Assembly: GCA_036000105.1 (NCBI GenBank)
Contig: DASYGE010000012.1
Coordinates: forward strand, 722,324-786,323
Direction: 5' to 3'
DNA from: Gammaproteobacteria bacterium
Lineage (GTDB): Bacteria > Pseudomonadota > Gammaproteobacteria > Natronospirales > REEB76
DNA length: 64,000 nucleotides
Shown piece by piece: positions 48,801 through 57,177 of this stretch (the stretch's first letter is position 1; every line of letters starts with the position of its first letter). The position numbers and the translations under genes are program-made. Below the pieces are notes generated by a model. The model was not told where the DNA came from and ran no database searches. It worked only from the letters and a program-made list of their open reading frames with translations.

Positions 48801-51296
48801 CGTCCCGATAAGCCGCTCAAGTTCGTGCAGCTCTCGGACCTCAAGGATTTCGACCCGGATCTCGCGGCCATCTTCTTCGAAGAGGCCAACGAGCTCCTGG
48901 AGTCCACCGACAACAGCCTGCACCAGTGGTCACAGGACAAGACCGATTCCGGTCTCGTGACCCAGCTGCAGCGCAACCTGCACACCCTGAAGGGCGGCGC
49001 GCGCATGGCCGGCCTCACGCCCATGGGCGACTTGAGCCACGAGATGGAGACGGTGCTGACAGACGTGGTGGACGGTCGCATCGCCGCCTCCACCGAGATG
49101 TTCATCCTGCTGAACCGCGCCGTGGACCGCCTGCACCGCATGATGGAGCAGGCCTACGCCAACCAACCTATTTTCGATGCCGGCGACCTCGTCCTCGACC
49201 TGAAGCGTGTGCACGGTCACACCGTGGACGAGGAGCTGGAGCCGCAGTCCGCTGATGAGCGTTTCGAGAGCATCACGCTCTTGTCCCCGCCGCCGATCAT
49301 CGACCACACGGCGGAAGGCGTGCAGACCCGCAGCACCCCCGGCCGTGCTTCGCTGCCGGTGGAGACTCAGGCGGCAGCCGAAGCCGAGCCCGACGAAGCC
49401 GCGGAAGCGGCGCTGGGCGGCGACAGCGAACGCCGCACCGGCTCCCGCATCCAATATGAGCTGGTCCGCGTCCGCGCGGACCTCTTGGAGCACGCGCTCA
49501 ACCACGCGGGCGAGGTGGGTATCTACCGCTCCCGCCTGGAACAGCAGGTCAACACCATCAACTTCAACCTGGGCGAACTCGAACAGACGGTGGTGCGTCT
49601 GCGCGACCAGCTGCGTAACCTGGAGATCGAGACCGAAGCCCAGATTCGTTCGCAATACGTGAAGGATGCGGGCGACCAGATCAATCCCGATTTCGACCCG
49701 CTGGAACTCGACCAGTTCTCCACATTGCAACAGCTGTCCCGCGCACTCGCCGAGTCCGTAGGCGACTTGGTCAGCATCCAGGGCCTCTTGACCAACCAGG
49801 CCCGCGAGGCCGAGACCCTGCTGCTGCAGCAGTCGCGCGTCACCACCGAACTGCAAGACGGCCTCATGCGTACCCGCATGGTGCCGTTCTCGCGGCACGC
49901 CCAGCGCCTGCGCCGTGTGGTGCGGCAGACAGCGGATGAAGAGAACAAGCAGGTGGAGGTCAAGTTCATCGGCGCAGAAGGCGAGATGGACCGCCAGGTG
50001 CTGGAGCGCGTGCTCGCGCCCCTGGAGCACATGTTGCGCAACTCCGTGGTGCACGGCATCGAGGACGGCAAGACGCGCAAGCAGCGCAAGAAACCCGCCG
50101 CCGGCACCATCAGCATCGCACTGCACCGCGAAGGTTCCGAAGTCGTGATGGAAGTCATGGACGACGGCGCGGGCCTGAACATCAAGGCGATCCGCAAGAA
50201 GGCCGAGGAACTCGGCATGACCACCAAGGACGCCAGGCTCTCCGAGCGCGACATCATGCTGTTCGTGCTGGAGCCCGGCTTCTCCACCGCCGCCAAGGTC
50301 ACCCAGTCCGCCGGGCGCGGCGTGGGCATGGACGTGGTGGCGAGCGAGATCAAGCAGTTGGGCGGCACGCTACGCATGGATTCCACCGAAGCGCAGGGTG
50401 CCAAGTTCACCGTGCGCCTGCCGTTCACCCTGTCCATCACCCAAGCCTTGCTGGTGCGTGTGGCCGAGCAGCCCTATGCGGTGCCGCTGCCCGCCATCGA
50501 GGCCATCGCGCGCATCCCGCGCATGCAGCTCGAGCAACTCATGGCCGGCGAAGACCCGGTGTACGTGTACGGCGGCCGGCAGTACCGGCTGCGCCACCTG
50601 TCGGTGCTGCTCGGCATCGGCGCCCCCCAGTTCCCCGAAGACCTCACGGCCATCCCGCTGCTCTTGGTGCGATCCGGCGATTCCTCCATCGCCCTCATCA
50701 CCGAAGGCATGCAGGGCAGCCGCGAGGTGGTCGTGAAATCCGTGGGTCCGCAGGTCAGCAGCATCCGCGGCCTCTCCGGCGCCACCATCCTGGGCGACGG
50801 CAGCATCCTGCTCATCCTGGACGTGACCGCGCTGGCGCGCACCATCGCGCTGCCGGAAGCCGACCGGATCGTGGTGGAGGAACGCGAAGTGCCCCAGGAA
50901 GACGTGCGTACCTTCGCCATGGTGGTGGACGATTCCATCACCGTGCGCCGCGTGACCCAGCGCCTCTTGGAGCGCTACAACATGCGGGTCATCACCGCGA
51001 AGGACGGCGTGGACGCGCTCGCCCTGCTGCAGGAGAACATCCCCGACGTCATGCTGCTGGACATCGAGATGCCGCGCATGGACGGCTACGAACTGGCGCA
51101 GCACATGCGCAACGACGAGCGCTTCCAGAAGATACCCATCATCATGATCACCTCGCGCACCGGTGAGAAGCACCGCAACCGGGCCATGGAGATTGGGGTG
51201 AACAAGTACCTGGGCAAGCCCTATCAGGAGACCGAGCTCCTGGAGAACATCCAGGAACTGGTGGGCACCTTCAACCCGCAACGGACCTCGTGGTGA
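45816..51296 (+). CDS. chpA: hybrid CheA-type histidine kinase ChpA (PilL)
   Basis: 1826 aa. Canonical Hpt motifs at H708 'FHTLKGSG', H880 'LHTLHGSS' and H1056 'LHTLKGGA'. HATPase ('MDDGAGL', 'GRGVGMDVV'), a CheW-like domain, and a C-terminal receiver ('VVDDS..DIEMPRMDG'). Confidence 0.9.
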   Translation: MSQVASDSLMWIKNELDHTLVRARQALETYVEKAEDKEALGQCLELLHQVQGTLRIVEVYGAAMLAEEMESVVRGFDTGEVARSDTAFEVLMRAMLQLPDYLERVIGGRRDMPLALLSLLNDLRTVRGQPLLSESALFAYNLAGRSTTSMAAQVPAPKAVDVKGLAAKVRPKFQSALLGWYKGDDAPKHLAVLADSAEKLEQAATTPTVFELWWIVGGIIEGLREGGIEADVSLKQLLGQVDRQMKKLMEQGEAQAAEEPAQELVNNLLYYIGRASTEGKRIAAIKESFKLGDLLPHESELAEARDSLSGPNVNLMRTVSGAIREDISRIKDTLDIFVRMGKSDTGELAPLDELIKKVGDTLTVLGLPKLNLELEAQRKNLQQLLAAKRAPEEAELMEIASGIVRVESGLDDAINELISPDGPKTGIGADSGSQAEMREVQSAVIRESIINMARVKEAIVEFVNDPAHREVLKPLPRHMREIQASFRFLDMQRVVELLASLRQYILKRLLSGKGAPPQNELDRMADAIVSMEFYLETVQQGRGNPLSMLDNAEACVAALGFPVGEDYPEEGDPYVSTGTASGNLEESMPGESIVMEGVAVEDISLSEGPSEDPTIMKEEPTIMEEHAPPVMKQKAAAKQAAKPGAATPVPPSAAGPAVVMSADVDPEIVEIFLEEAQEEMNSLRESFPRWRSNPADREALATMRRSFHTLKGSGRMVGARLIGEFAWAIENMLNRVIDQTVTPSDDMFALIDMSIAALPELVEQLEVGTAPKVNVQPMMDTALAMSRGEEPALPGAADMVPAPAEEPTMIRPAGMQISGAEEPTVIMPRVEVLPPAVSMDPVLYEIFKREAEGHLAVIEAFRVQAMTDRTVTEDVVRALHTLHGSSALAGATNLATLTEPLHRYVAALHEQAQLLPAEHIALMGDSLRTAHAMLIALGSGQTLPVPKGLLGRLKTLRTEALGESFGEDIVMSGPAEVETPAAQPKAKQAAKAPEKRPDKPLKFVQLSDLKDFDPDLAAIFFEEANELLESTDNSLHQWSQDKTDSGLVTQLQRNLHTLKGGARMAGLTPMGDLSHEMETVLTDVVDGRIAASTEMFILLNRAVDRLHRMMEQAYANQPIFDAGDLVLDLKRVHGHTVDEELEPQSADERFESITLLSPPPIIDHTAEGVQTRSTPGRASLPVETQAAAEAEPDEAAEAALGGDSERRTGSRIQYELVRVRADLLEHALNHAGEVGIYRSRLEQQVNTINFNLGELEQTVVRLRDQLRNLEIETEAQIRSQYVKDAGDQINPDFDPLELDQFSTLQQLSRALAESVGDLVSIQGLLTNQAREAETLLLQQSRVTTELQDGLMRTRMVPFSRHAQRLRRVVRQTADEENKQVEVKFIGAEGEMDRQVLERVLAPLEHMLRNSVVHGIEDGKTRKQRKKPAAGTISIALHREGSEVVMEVMDDGAGLNIKAIRKKAEELGMTTKDARLSERDIMLFVLEPGFSTAAKVTQSAGRGVGMDVVASEIKQLGGTLRMDSTEAQGAKFTVRLPFTLSITQALLVRVAEQPYAVPLPAIEAIARIPRMQLEQLMAGEDPVYVYGGRQYRLRHLSVLLGIGAPQFPEDLTAIPLLLVRSGDSSIALITEGMQGSREVVVKSVGPQVSSIRGLSGATILGDGSILLILDVTALARTIALPEADRIVVEEREVPQEDVRTFAMVVDDSITVRRVTQRLLERYNMRVITAKDGVDALALLQENIPDVMLLDIEMPRMDGYELAQHMRNDERFQKIPIIMITSRTGEKHRNRAMEIGVNKYLGKPYQETELLENIQELVGTFNPQRTSW

Positions 51297-51299
51297 TGC

Positions 51300-51830
51300 A
51301 TGGCTGACCAGTTCGACGAGGTCTATAGCCTGCTCATCCCCTTCGCCGGGGGCAAGCTCATCCTGCCCCGGGTGTCGATCACCGAGGTCACGGGCTTCCT
51401 GAGGCCGAAACCCGTGCGCAATGCGCCTGAGTGGCTCATGGGGCTCATCAACTGGCATAACCAGGAAGTGCCGCTGGTGTCTTTCGAGGGCCTCTGCGGC
51501 CGCAAGGTGCCGGAGCGGGCCAACCGCACCCGCATCGCCATCGCCCACACCATCGGTGAGCAGATCAACCCGCCGGTGGTCGCCATCCTGACCCAGGGTT
51601 ATCCCTATCTGGTGCGCGTCAACCCGGCGGTGCTCTCGGTGGACCCGGATAACGATTTCGGCGCCGACGGCCCGGTGCTGAACCGGCTGCGCATGGCGAA
51701 CGAACGGCCCTTCGTACCGGATCTGGAAGCCATCGAAGAGAAGCTCCTTGAGATCATGCCGGAGAGACGTTTCACGGATACCGCCACCGGCTCCGGTACA
51801 GCCACCGAAATTCCCCTTCCGCCTGCCTGA
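51300..51830 (+). CDS. CheW-domain protein (ChpC-like)
   Basis: 176 aa. 'LLIPFAGGKLILPRVSITEV...WLMGLINWHNQEVPLVSF'. Position directly after chpA. Confidence 0.7.
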   Translation: MADQFDEVYSLLIPFAGGKLILPRVSITEVTGFLRPKPVRNAPEWLMGLINWHNQEVPLVSFEGLCGRKVPERANRTRIAIAHTIGEQINPPVVAILTQGYPYLVRVNPAVLSVDPDNDFGADGPVLNRLRMANERPFVPDLEAIEEKLLEIMPERRFTDTATGSGTATEIPLPPA

Positions 51831-51835
51831 CATCC

Positions 51836-51959
51836 GCAAAAGCTATTGCGCTTGGCATGACTTTGTTGCGCTCCGGCTCGCCGTCCTCATGCACCTAAAA
51901 GTGCACTCCGGGTGCTCGCCTCGCGCGCCTCGTCCTGCCTGCGCTCATAACGCTTTTGC
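51836..51959 (+). repeat. mosaic intergenic repeat, copy A (shortest)
   Basis: Bounded by GCAAAAGC ... GCTTTTGC. Core TTGTTGCGCTCCGGCTCGC at 51863-51881. The 3' module 51913-51961 matches copy B at 44/49. Confidence 0.8.
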
Positions 51960-51990
51960 TCAATTCCTTTTTTAATCGGATTCCAAAGCC

Positions 51991-52656
51991 ATGGACCGGC
52001 TAGATATTTGGACTAACTATAAAAGCAAGGTGCAAGGGTCACGTGAGGTGCTTCTTTGGCCTTGGCTTTTGTCTAACGCAAAATCCTTTAAAGGCGTTGG
52101 AGTGGATTTGGGGTGTGGAGATGGAGAATACACGGAGCGTGTGGCGGCTTTAGCTGGCGATGAGGTTGTCGGTTTCGATAGTGATCTGGCACTTATTAAC
52201 ATAGCACGTAAGAAATCAGGAGCTAAGACTCGTTATATATGTGCCGATATCACTACTGATGTGATTAGAAGTGTTTTTGCAGAAGCGAGTTTCGCATTCT
52301 CGGTATGCTGTTTCCCGCATATTTCTGATGAGCTATGCAATCAGCTCATCAGAAATTTATGTTCCGATCTTAAAGTTCCGAAGCGGATAGCTATAGTAGT
52401 TCCCCACATTCTATGGGCTAAGAATAACTACGAGAATGTCGAGGCGATTGCATCTGGTATAAAAGCCGACGCTCGTTTCGGAGGTAGGCAGTGGTTCCGG
52501 GAACAGGATTGGTATATCAATACCTTCCTGAATTATGGGATATCTTGTGAAAGCGTTTTGGACTTGATTATTCCCGATGATCCTCGGCTTGAAAAACGTT
52601 ATCGCGATAATGCGGGTTCGCCGCTATTTTTGGCGATGACTTTTGGGGAGAGATGA
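51991..52656 (+). CDS. class I SAM-dependent methyltransferase (AT-rich island gene 1)
   Basis: Motif I 'GVDLGCGDGEYT', acidic motif II 'VVGFDSD', 'YICADI'. AT-rich codon usage unlike the neighbouring genes. Confidence 0.7.
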   Translation: MDRLDIWTNYKSKVQGSREVLLWPWLLSNAKSFKGVGVDLGCGDGEYTERVAALAGDEVVGFDSDLALINIARKKSGAKTRYICADITTDVIRSVFAEASFAFSVCCFPHISDELCNQLIRNLCSDLKVPKRIAIVVPHILWAKNNYENVEAIASGIKADARFGGRQWFREQDWYINTFLNYGISCESVLDLIIPDDPRLEKRYRDNAGSPLFLAMTFGER

Positions 52657-52657
52657 T

Positions 52658-53203
52658 ATGACTACCAAGGATCAGCAAGCGCGTGATGCATTCGATTACG
52701 CACACAGAAATCGACTCTTCGAGATAGAAATGTTTTGGAAGCGGAGTTTGGTTTATTGGGGATTTATCGCTGCAGCATTCGTAGCCTTTGCGGCACTTGC
52801 TGCAAAAGGAAGTCGATATTCAGTTGTGTTTTGCTGTTTTGGATTTGTCTGCTCAGTAGTTTGGTCTATCGGAAATAGAGGCAGCAAATATTGGCAGGAA
52901 TATTGGGAGATAAAAGTTAAGGACGTTCAGCACGCCGTTACGGGAGATATGTTCATTGATCACAAACCAAAGCGGCATGCTTGGTATGAACAGTTTGCTC
53001 CCCGTAGATTTTCTGTCAGTAAGTTGGTGATGGGGTTAAGCGACTATTCGATAGTCGTATGGCTCGCATTATTGATATACGGGAATTGGAAATTGTTTGC
53101 TGAACCCACGGAGTATGCCAAACACGTATTTCTGGCGGGATTTAGTCTAGTGACTGTTGTCTATGCCGTGTATTTAGTGTTTGCATGTGAATCGGAAGAT
53201 TGA
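52658..53203 (+). CDS. hypothetical 4-TM membrane protein (AT-rich island gene 2)
   Basis: GGGGAGAG lies 5 nt upstream. The ATG is 1 nt after the methyltransferase stop. The polar N-terminus 'DQQARDAFDYAHRNRLFEIEMFWKRS' is followed by four hydrophobic helices. Confidence 0.55.
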   Translation: MTTKDQQARDAFDYAHRNRLFEIEMFWKRSLVYWGFIAAAFVAFAALAAKGSRYSVVFCCFGFVCSVVWSIGNRGSKYWQEYWEIKVKDVQHAVTGDMFIDHKPKRHAWYEQFAPRRFSVSKLVMGLSDYSIVVWLALLIYGNWKLFAEPTEYAKHVFLAGFSLVTVVYAVYLVFACESED

Positions 53204-53209
53204 AGGTGC

Positions 53210-53947
53210 TTACCCTAAGTCACCCCACTTCGATTGCAACAGGCTGAGCGCGACAAGTGCCGCCGTCTCGGTGCGCAGGATGCGTGGGCCGAGCTTGAGG
53301 CCCGTGAAGCCGACATGAGCTGCCAGCGCCACTTCCTTCTCGCTCAGCCCCCCCTCGGGGCCCACCAATAGCATCACGCGCCCATCGGCAGGCTTGGGGA
53401 TATCGCCCGCTGTCTTGCCACCCAGAGGGTCCAGCAGGAGTTTGAGACCCGCGTCGCGCTTGGCAGAGAGGAAAGCATCCAGCTTCAGGGGCAGATCCAC
53501 CTGCGGCACCTGTACCCGGCTGCTTTGTTCGCAGGCTCCGGTGGCGACGGCCTGCCAGTGTTCCTGCCGGGCGAGGGCCTTGTCCGCATCCAGCTTCACC
53601 ACGCTGCGTTCGGTGAACACCGGCATGATGTGGGCGACGCCCAGTTCCACCGCCTTCTGTATCGTGTAATCCATACGCTCGCCCCGGGAGATGCCCTGGG
53701 CGAGGGTCACTTGCAAGGGCGATTCCACCGCCGGTGAGCGGGCGCCTTGGATCGTCACCCAGGCGGTGTTCCTGACGGGTATCTCCACCCGGGCATCGAA
53801 CTCCTGCCCCGAGCCGTCGAAGAGGATCACCGCGTCACCGGGTTTCAGGCGCAGCACCATGAGTAGGTGATGAGCCGCCGCGAGATCCAGCTCGACCCGT
53901 GTGAGGCCGGCGAGGGGAGTGCCGTGGAAGACCCGGGGTATGCGCAT
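53210..53947 (-). CDS. rsmE: 16S rRNA (uracil1498-N3)-methyltransferase
   Basis: 'MRIPRVF', 'SRGERMDYTIQKAVELG', 'GPEGGLSEKE'. Confidence 0.88.
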   Translation of the reverse strand: MRIPRVFHGTPLAGLTRVELDLAAAHHLLMVLRLKPGDAVILFDGSGQEFDARVEIPVRNTAWVTIQGARSPAVESPLQVTLAQGISRGERMDYTIQKAVELGVAHIMPVFTERSVVKLDADKALARQEHWQAVATGACEQSSRVQVPQVDLPLKLDAFLSAKRDAGLKLLLDPLGGKTAGDIPKPADGRVMLLVGPEGGLSEKEVALAAHVGFTGLKLGPRILRTETAALVALSLLQSKWGDLG

Positions 53948-53948
53948 G

Positions 53949-55301
53949 TCAGTCCGCCGTCGCGAGGGTGATGCCTTCGGAGGCAACTTGCACCATGAAG
54001 TCGATCTCCTCCGGCGTGATGACGTAGGGCGGCATGAAATACACCACGTTGCCCACGGGGCGCAGCAGCACACCGCGTTTCAGTCCGTGCTGATAGACGC
54101 GCAGGCCACGGCGTTCCTGCCAGGGGTAAGGCCGGCGGGCTTTCTTGTCTCGCACCATCTCGATGGCCAGGATCATGCCGTGCTGGCGCACTTCCGCCAC
54201 ATGCCTGAGATCTTGCATCGGGGCGGCAGCCTTCGCCATGCGTTCCGAGAGCGCCCAGTTGCGGCTGATGACGTCGTCCTCCCGGAATATGTCCAGGGTC
54301 GCCAGAGCCGCCCGGCAGCCTAAGGCATTGCCGGTATAGCTGTGGGAGTGCAGGAAGGCATTGAGCTTGGTGTAATCGTCGTAGAAGGCGTCGTACACCG
54401 CTTCCCGGGTCATGACCACGCTCAGGGGCAGATAGCCTCCCGTGAGGCCCTTGGAGAGGCACAGGAAGTCCGGCGTGATGCCCGCATGCTCGGAGGCGAA
54501 GAGCCGGCCGGTGCGGCCGAAGCCCACGGCGATCTCGTCGGCGATGAGATGCACCCCATAACGGTCGCAGGCTTCCCGCAGGAGCTTGAGATACACCGGG
54601 TGATACATGCGCATGTTGCCGGCGCACTGCACCAGGGGCTCCAGGATCACGGCACACACTTCCCGGTGATGCCGCTCCAGGCTCTGCTCCATCTCTTGGA
54701 ACATCCTGCGGGTGTGCGATTCCCAGCTCTCGCCCGCTTGCCGATCGAAACAATCTGGACTGGGTACGGTGATCACGTCCATGAGGAGCGGCTTGTAGGT
54801 CTCTTTGTAGAGTTCCACATTGCCCACTGCTAGAGCCCCCAGGGTCTCACCGTGGTAGCTATTGCTCAAGGTGATGAAGCGGGTCTTCTCAGGTTTTCCC
54901 AGGTTCTTCCAGTAATGGAAGCTCATCTTCACGGCCACTTCCACCGCGGAGGAGCCGTTGTCGGCGTAGAAGCAGCGGGTGAGCCCCTTGGGCGCGAGCC
55001 GCACCAGCCGCTCCGAGAGTTCCACCACCGCCGTGTGGCTGAACCCGGCCAGGATCACATGCTCCAGCTCTTCCAGCTGTTGGATGAGTGCGGCGTTGAT
55101 GCGCGGATTGCAGTGGCCGAAGAGGTTCGTCCACCAGGAGCTGATGGCATCCAGGTAACGATGGCCTTCGAAATCTTCCAGCCATACGCCTTCGCCGCGC
55201 CGGATGGGCACCGGCGGCAGCAGCTCGTGGTCCTTCATCTGGGTGCAGGGGTGCCACAGCACCTTGAGGTCGCGGCGTATGAAGGCGTCGTTCTCGTTCA
55301 T
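53949..55301 (-). CDS. bioA: adenosylmethionine-8-amino-7-oxononanoate aminotransferase
   Basis: 'LWHPCTQMKDHE', 'ADEIAVGFGRTG', 'LSKGLTGGYLPLS'. Confidence 0.9.
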   Translation of the reverse strand: MNENDAFIRRDLKVLWHPCTQMKDHELLPPVPIRRGEGVWLEDFEGHRYLDAISSWWTNLFGHCNPRINAALIQQLEELEHVILAGFSHTAVVELSERLVRLAPKGLTRCFYADNGSSAVEVAVKMSFHYWKNLGKPEKTRFITLSNSYHGETLGALAVGNVELYKETYKPLLMDVITVPSPDCFDRQAGESWESHTRRMFQEMEQSLERHHREVCAVILEPLVQCAGNMRMYHPVYLKLLREACDRYGVHLIADEIAVGFGRTGRLFASEHAGITPDFLCLSKGLTGGYLPLSVVMTREAVYDAFYDDYTKLNAFLHSHSYTGNALGCRAALATLDIFREDDVISRNWALSERMAKAAAPMQDLRHVAEVRQHGMILAIEMVRDKKARRPYPWQERRGLRVYQHGLKRGVLLRPVGNVVYFMPPYVITPEEIDFMVQVASEGITLATAD

Positions 55302-55317
55302 GCTGGGTACGTTCGGT

Positions 55318-56538
55318 TCAGCTGCGCTGAGCGGCAGGCTCCGCGACGCAGAAGCGCTGGATGAGTTGCTCCAGCACCCGTTGGGTGGGTTCCACCATGG
55401 CTACCGGCAGGGATTCGTTGGGTTGATGCGCCACGTTGATGTCACCGGGCCCGAGGATCACCGTCTGCATGCCGAGCGCCTGCAGGAAGGGGCCCTCGGT
55501 GGCGAAGGCCACCGCTTCCGAGGCATGGCCCGTGAGACTCTCGGCGGTCTTGACCAGCTCCGAGGTGCCCGGGGTCATCAAGGGATCGCTGCCCTGGAAC
55601 AGGCTGCGGAACTCCACCCCGAAGCTGTGGCCGGCGAGCGCAGTGCTCAGGCGCTCGCGTGCTTCGGCGCGCACCTGTTGGGCGGTCATGCCCGGCAGGA
55701 TGCGGATGTCGAAATGCAGCTCGCAGTCGGGGCAGATGCGGTTCGGGTTATCGCCGCCCTTGATGTGGCCGAGGTTGAGGGTCGGTGTCGGTATCTTGAA
55801 ATGCACGTCATGATGATGGGCCTGCAGCTCACCGCGATAAGCGAGCAGCCCGGCGATGGCCCGGTGCATGCCCTCTAAGGCATTCTTGCCGAGGGAGGGG
55901 TCGCTGGAGTGGCCGGAGCGGCCGATGATCTTCACCGCCTCCATGAGGATGCCCTTGTGCATGTGTACGGGCTTCAGCATGGTCGGTTCGCCGATGACCG
56001 CATAGCGGGCTTTGGGTTTCCCGGCCGCCACCAGCGCCCGCCCGCCGGACATGCTGCTCTCTTCATCCGCGGTGGCGAGGATGATGAGCGGTTGCTTCAG
56101 ATCTTTCGCCTGGTGGCGGGAGGCGGTCTCGATGGCCAGCGCGATGAAGCCCTTCATGTCGCAGATGCCGAGGCCGTAGTAGTTGCCGTCCCGTTCCGCG
56201 AGCTTGAAAGGGTCTGAGTCCCAGCCCTTCTCATCGAAGGGCACCGTGTCCATGTGGCCAGCCAGCACCAGGCCGCCGGGGCCTTGCCCCAGGGTGCCGA
56301 TGACGTTCAGCTTGCCCGGCACCCCGGGTATCTCCTGCAACTCCACGCTGAAGCCTAAGGATTCCAGCCAGCCGGCGATGCGCTCCGCCGCCGGGCGGTT
56401 GCTCATGTCGAACTGGGGGCTCACGCTGCTCACGCTGGGCGCGCCGATGAGGCCGGTGAGCATCTCCCTGAGCGTGGGCACGGCGCGGGTCTGGGGCATG
56501 GGGGTTTCCGGGAAGGCGGTACGCGAAGTTTTGCGCAT
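55318..56538 (-). CDS. argE: acetylornithine deacetylase (M20 peptidase family)
   Basis: 'LAGHMDTVPF', 'ATADEES', 'GEPT'. An alternative start lies at 56499. Confidence 0.8.
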   Translation of the reverse strand: MRKTSRTAFPETPMPQTRAVPTLREMLTGLIGAPSVSSVSPQFDMSNRPAAERIAGWLESLGFSVELQEIPGVPGKLNVIGTLGQGPGGLVLAGHMDTVPFDEKGWDSDPFKLAERDGNYYGLGICDMKGFIALAIETASRHQAKDLKQPLIILATADEESSMSGGRALVAAGKPKARYAVIGEPTMLKPVHMHKGILMEAVKIIGRSGHSSDPSLGKNALEGMHRAIAGLLAYRGELQAHHHDVHFKIPTPTLNLGHIKGGDNPNRICPDCELHFDIRILPGMTAQQVRAEARERLSTALAGHSFGVEFRSLFQGSDPLMTPGTSELVKTAESLTGHASEAVAFATEGPFLQALGMQTVILGPGDINVAHQPNESLPVAMVEPTQRVLEQLIQRFCVAEPAAQRS

Positions 56539-56589
56539 TTGACCCCGGGTAGCAACCTCTCATGCGTGGCTTGGGAGATACTAAACGCC

Positions 56590-57177
56590 ATGCGACATGC
56601 GGTGGATGCACAGACCGGGCTCATGCAGGGCGCGAGGTACCAGGCCTCGCCCCATTGCGATGCGCGCCCGCTGGGCACGCAAGTGGACCTCTTGGTGATC
56701 CACGGCATCAGCCTGCCGCCGGGGGGGTTCGGCGGGCCCTGGATCGAGCGCCTGTTCCTCGGCACTCTCCCTGTGGACGCACACCCGTATTTCGCCGATA
56801 TCGCCGCCCTCAAGGTGGCGTCCCACCTGCTCATACGCCGCGATGGCGGACTCCTGCAGTTCGTACCCTTCCACCGGCGCGCTTGGCATGCGGGTACATC
56901 TCGCTTCCAGGGCCGCGAGGCCTGCAACGATTTCTCCATCGGCGTGGAACTGGAAGGCACGGACGAAACGGCTTATGCGCCGGAGCAGTATGCGCGGCTC
57001 GCCGTGGTCACCGTCGGCTTGATGCGCGCCTATCCCGGCATCACCCCGGCGCGCATCGTGGGGCATAGCGACGTGGCGCCGGGGCGCAAGACCGATCCGG
57101 GCGCGGCCTTCGACTGGGCCCGTTACCGGGACATACTTGCAAGCCAGCCCCAGCACAGGTTTACTACGCAACCATGA
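56590..57177 (+). CDS. ampD: 1,6-anhydro-N-acetylmuramyl-L-alanine amidase
   Basis: 'SPHCDARP....LLVIHGISLPPGGFGG', 'RRAWHAG.S', 'GHSD.APGRKTDPG'. Confidence 0.88.
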   Translation: MRHAVDAQTGLMQGARYQASPHCDARPLGTQVDLLVIHGISLPPGGFGGPWIERLFLGTLPVDAHPYFADIAALKVASHLLIRRDGGLLQFVPFHRRAWHAGTSRFQGREACNDFSIGVELEGTDETAYAPEQYARLAVVTVGLMRAYPGITPARIVGHSDVAPGRKTDPGAAFDWARYRDILASQPQHRFTTQP

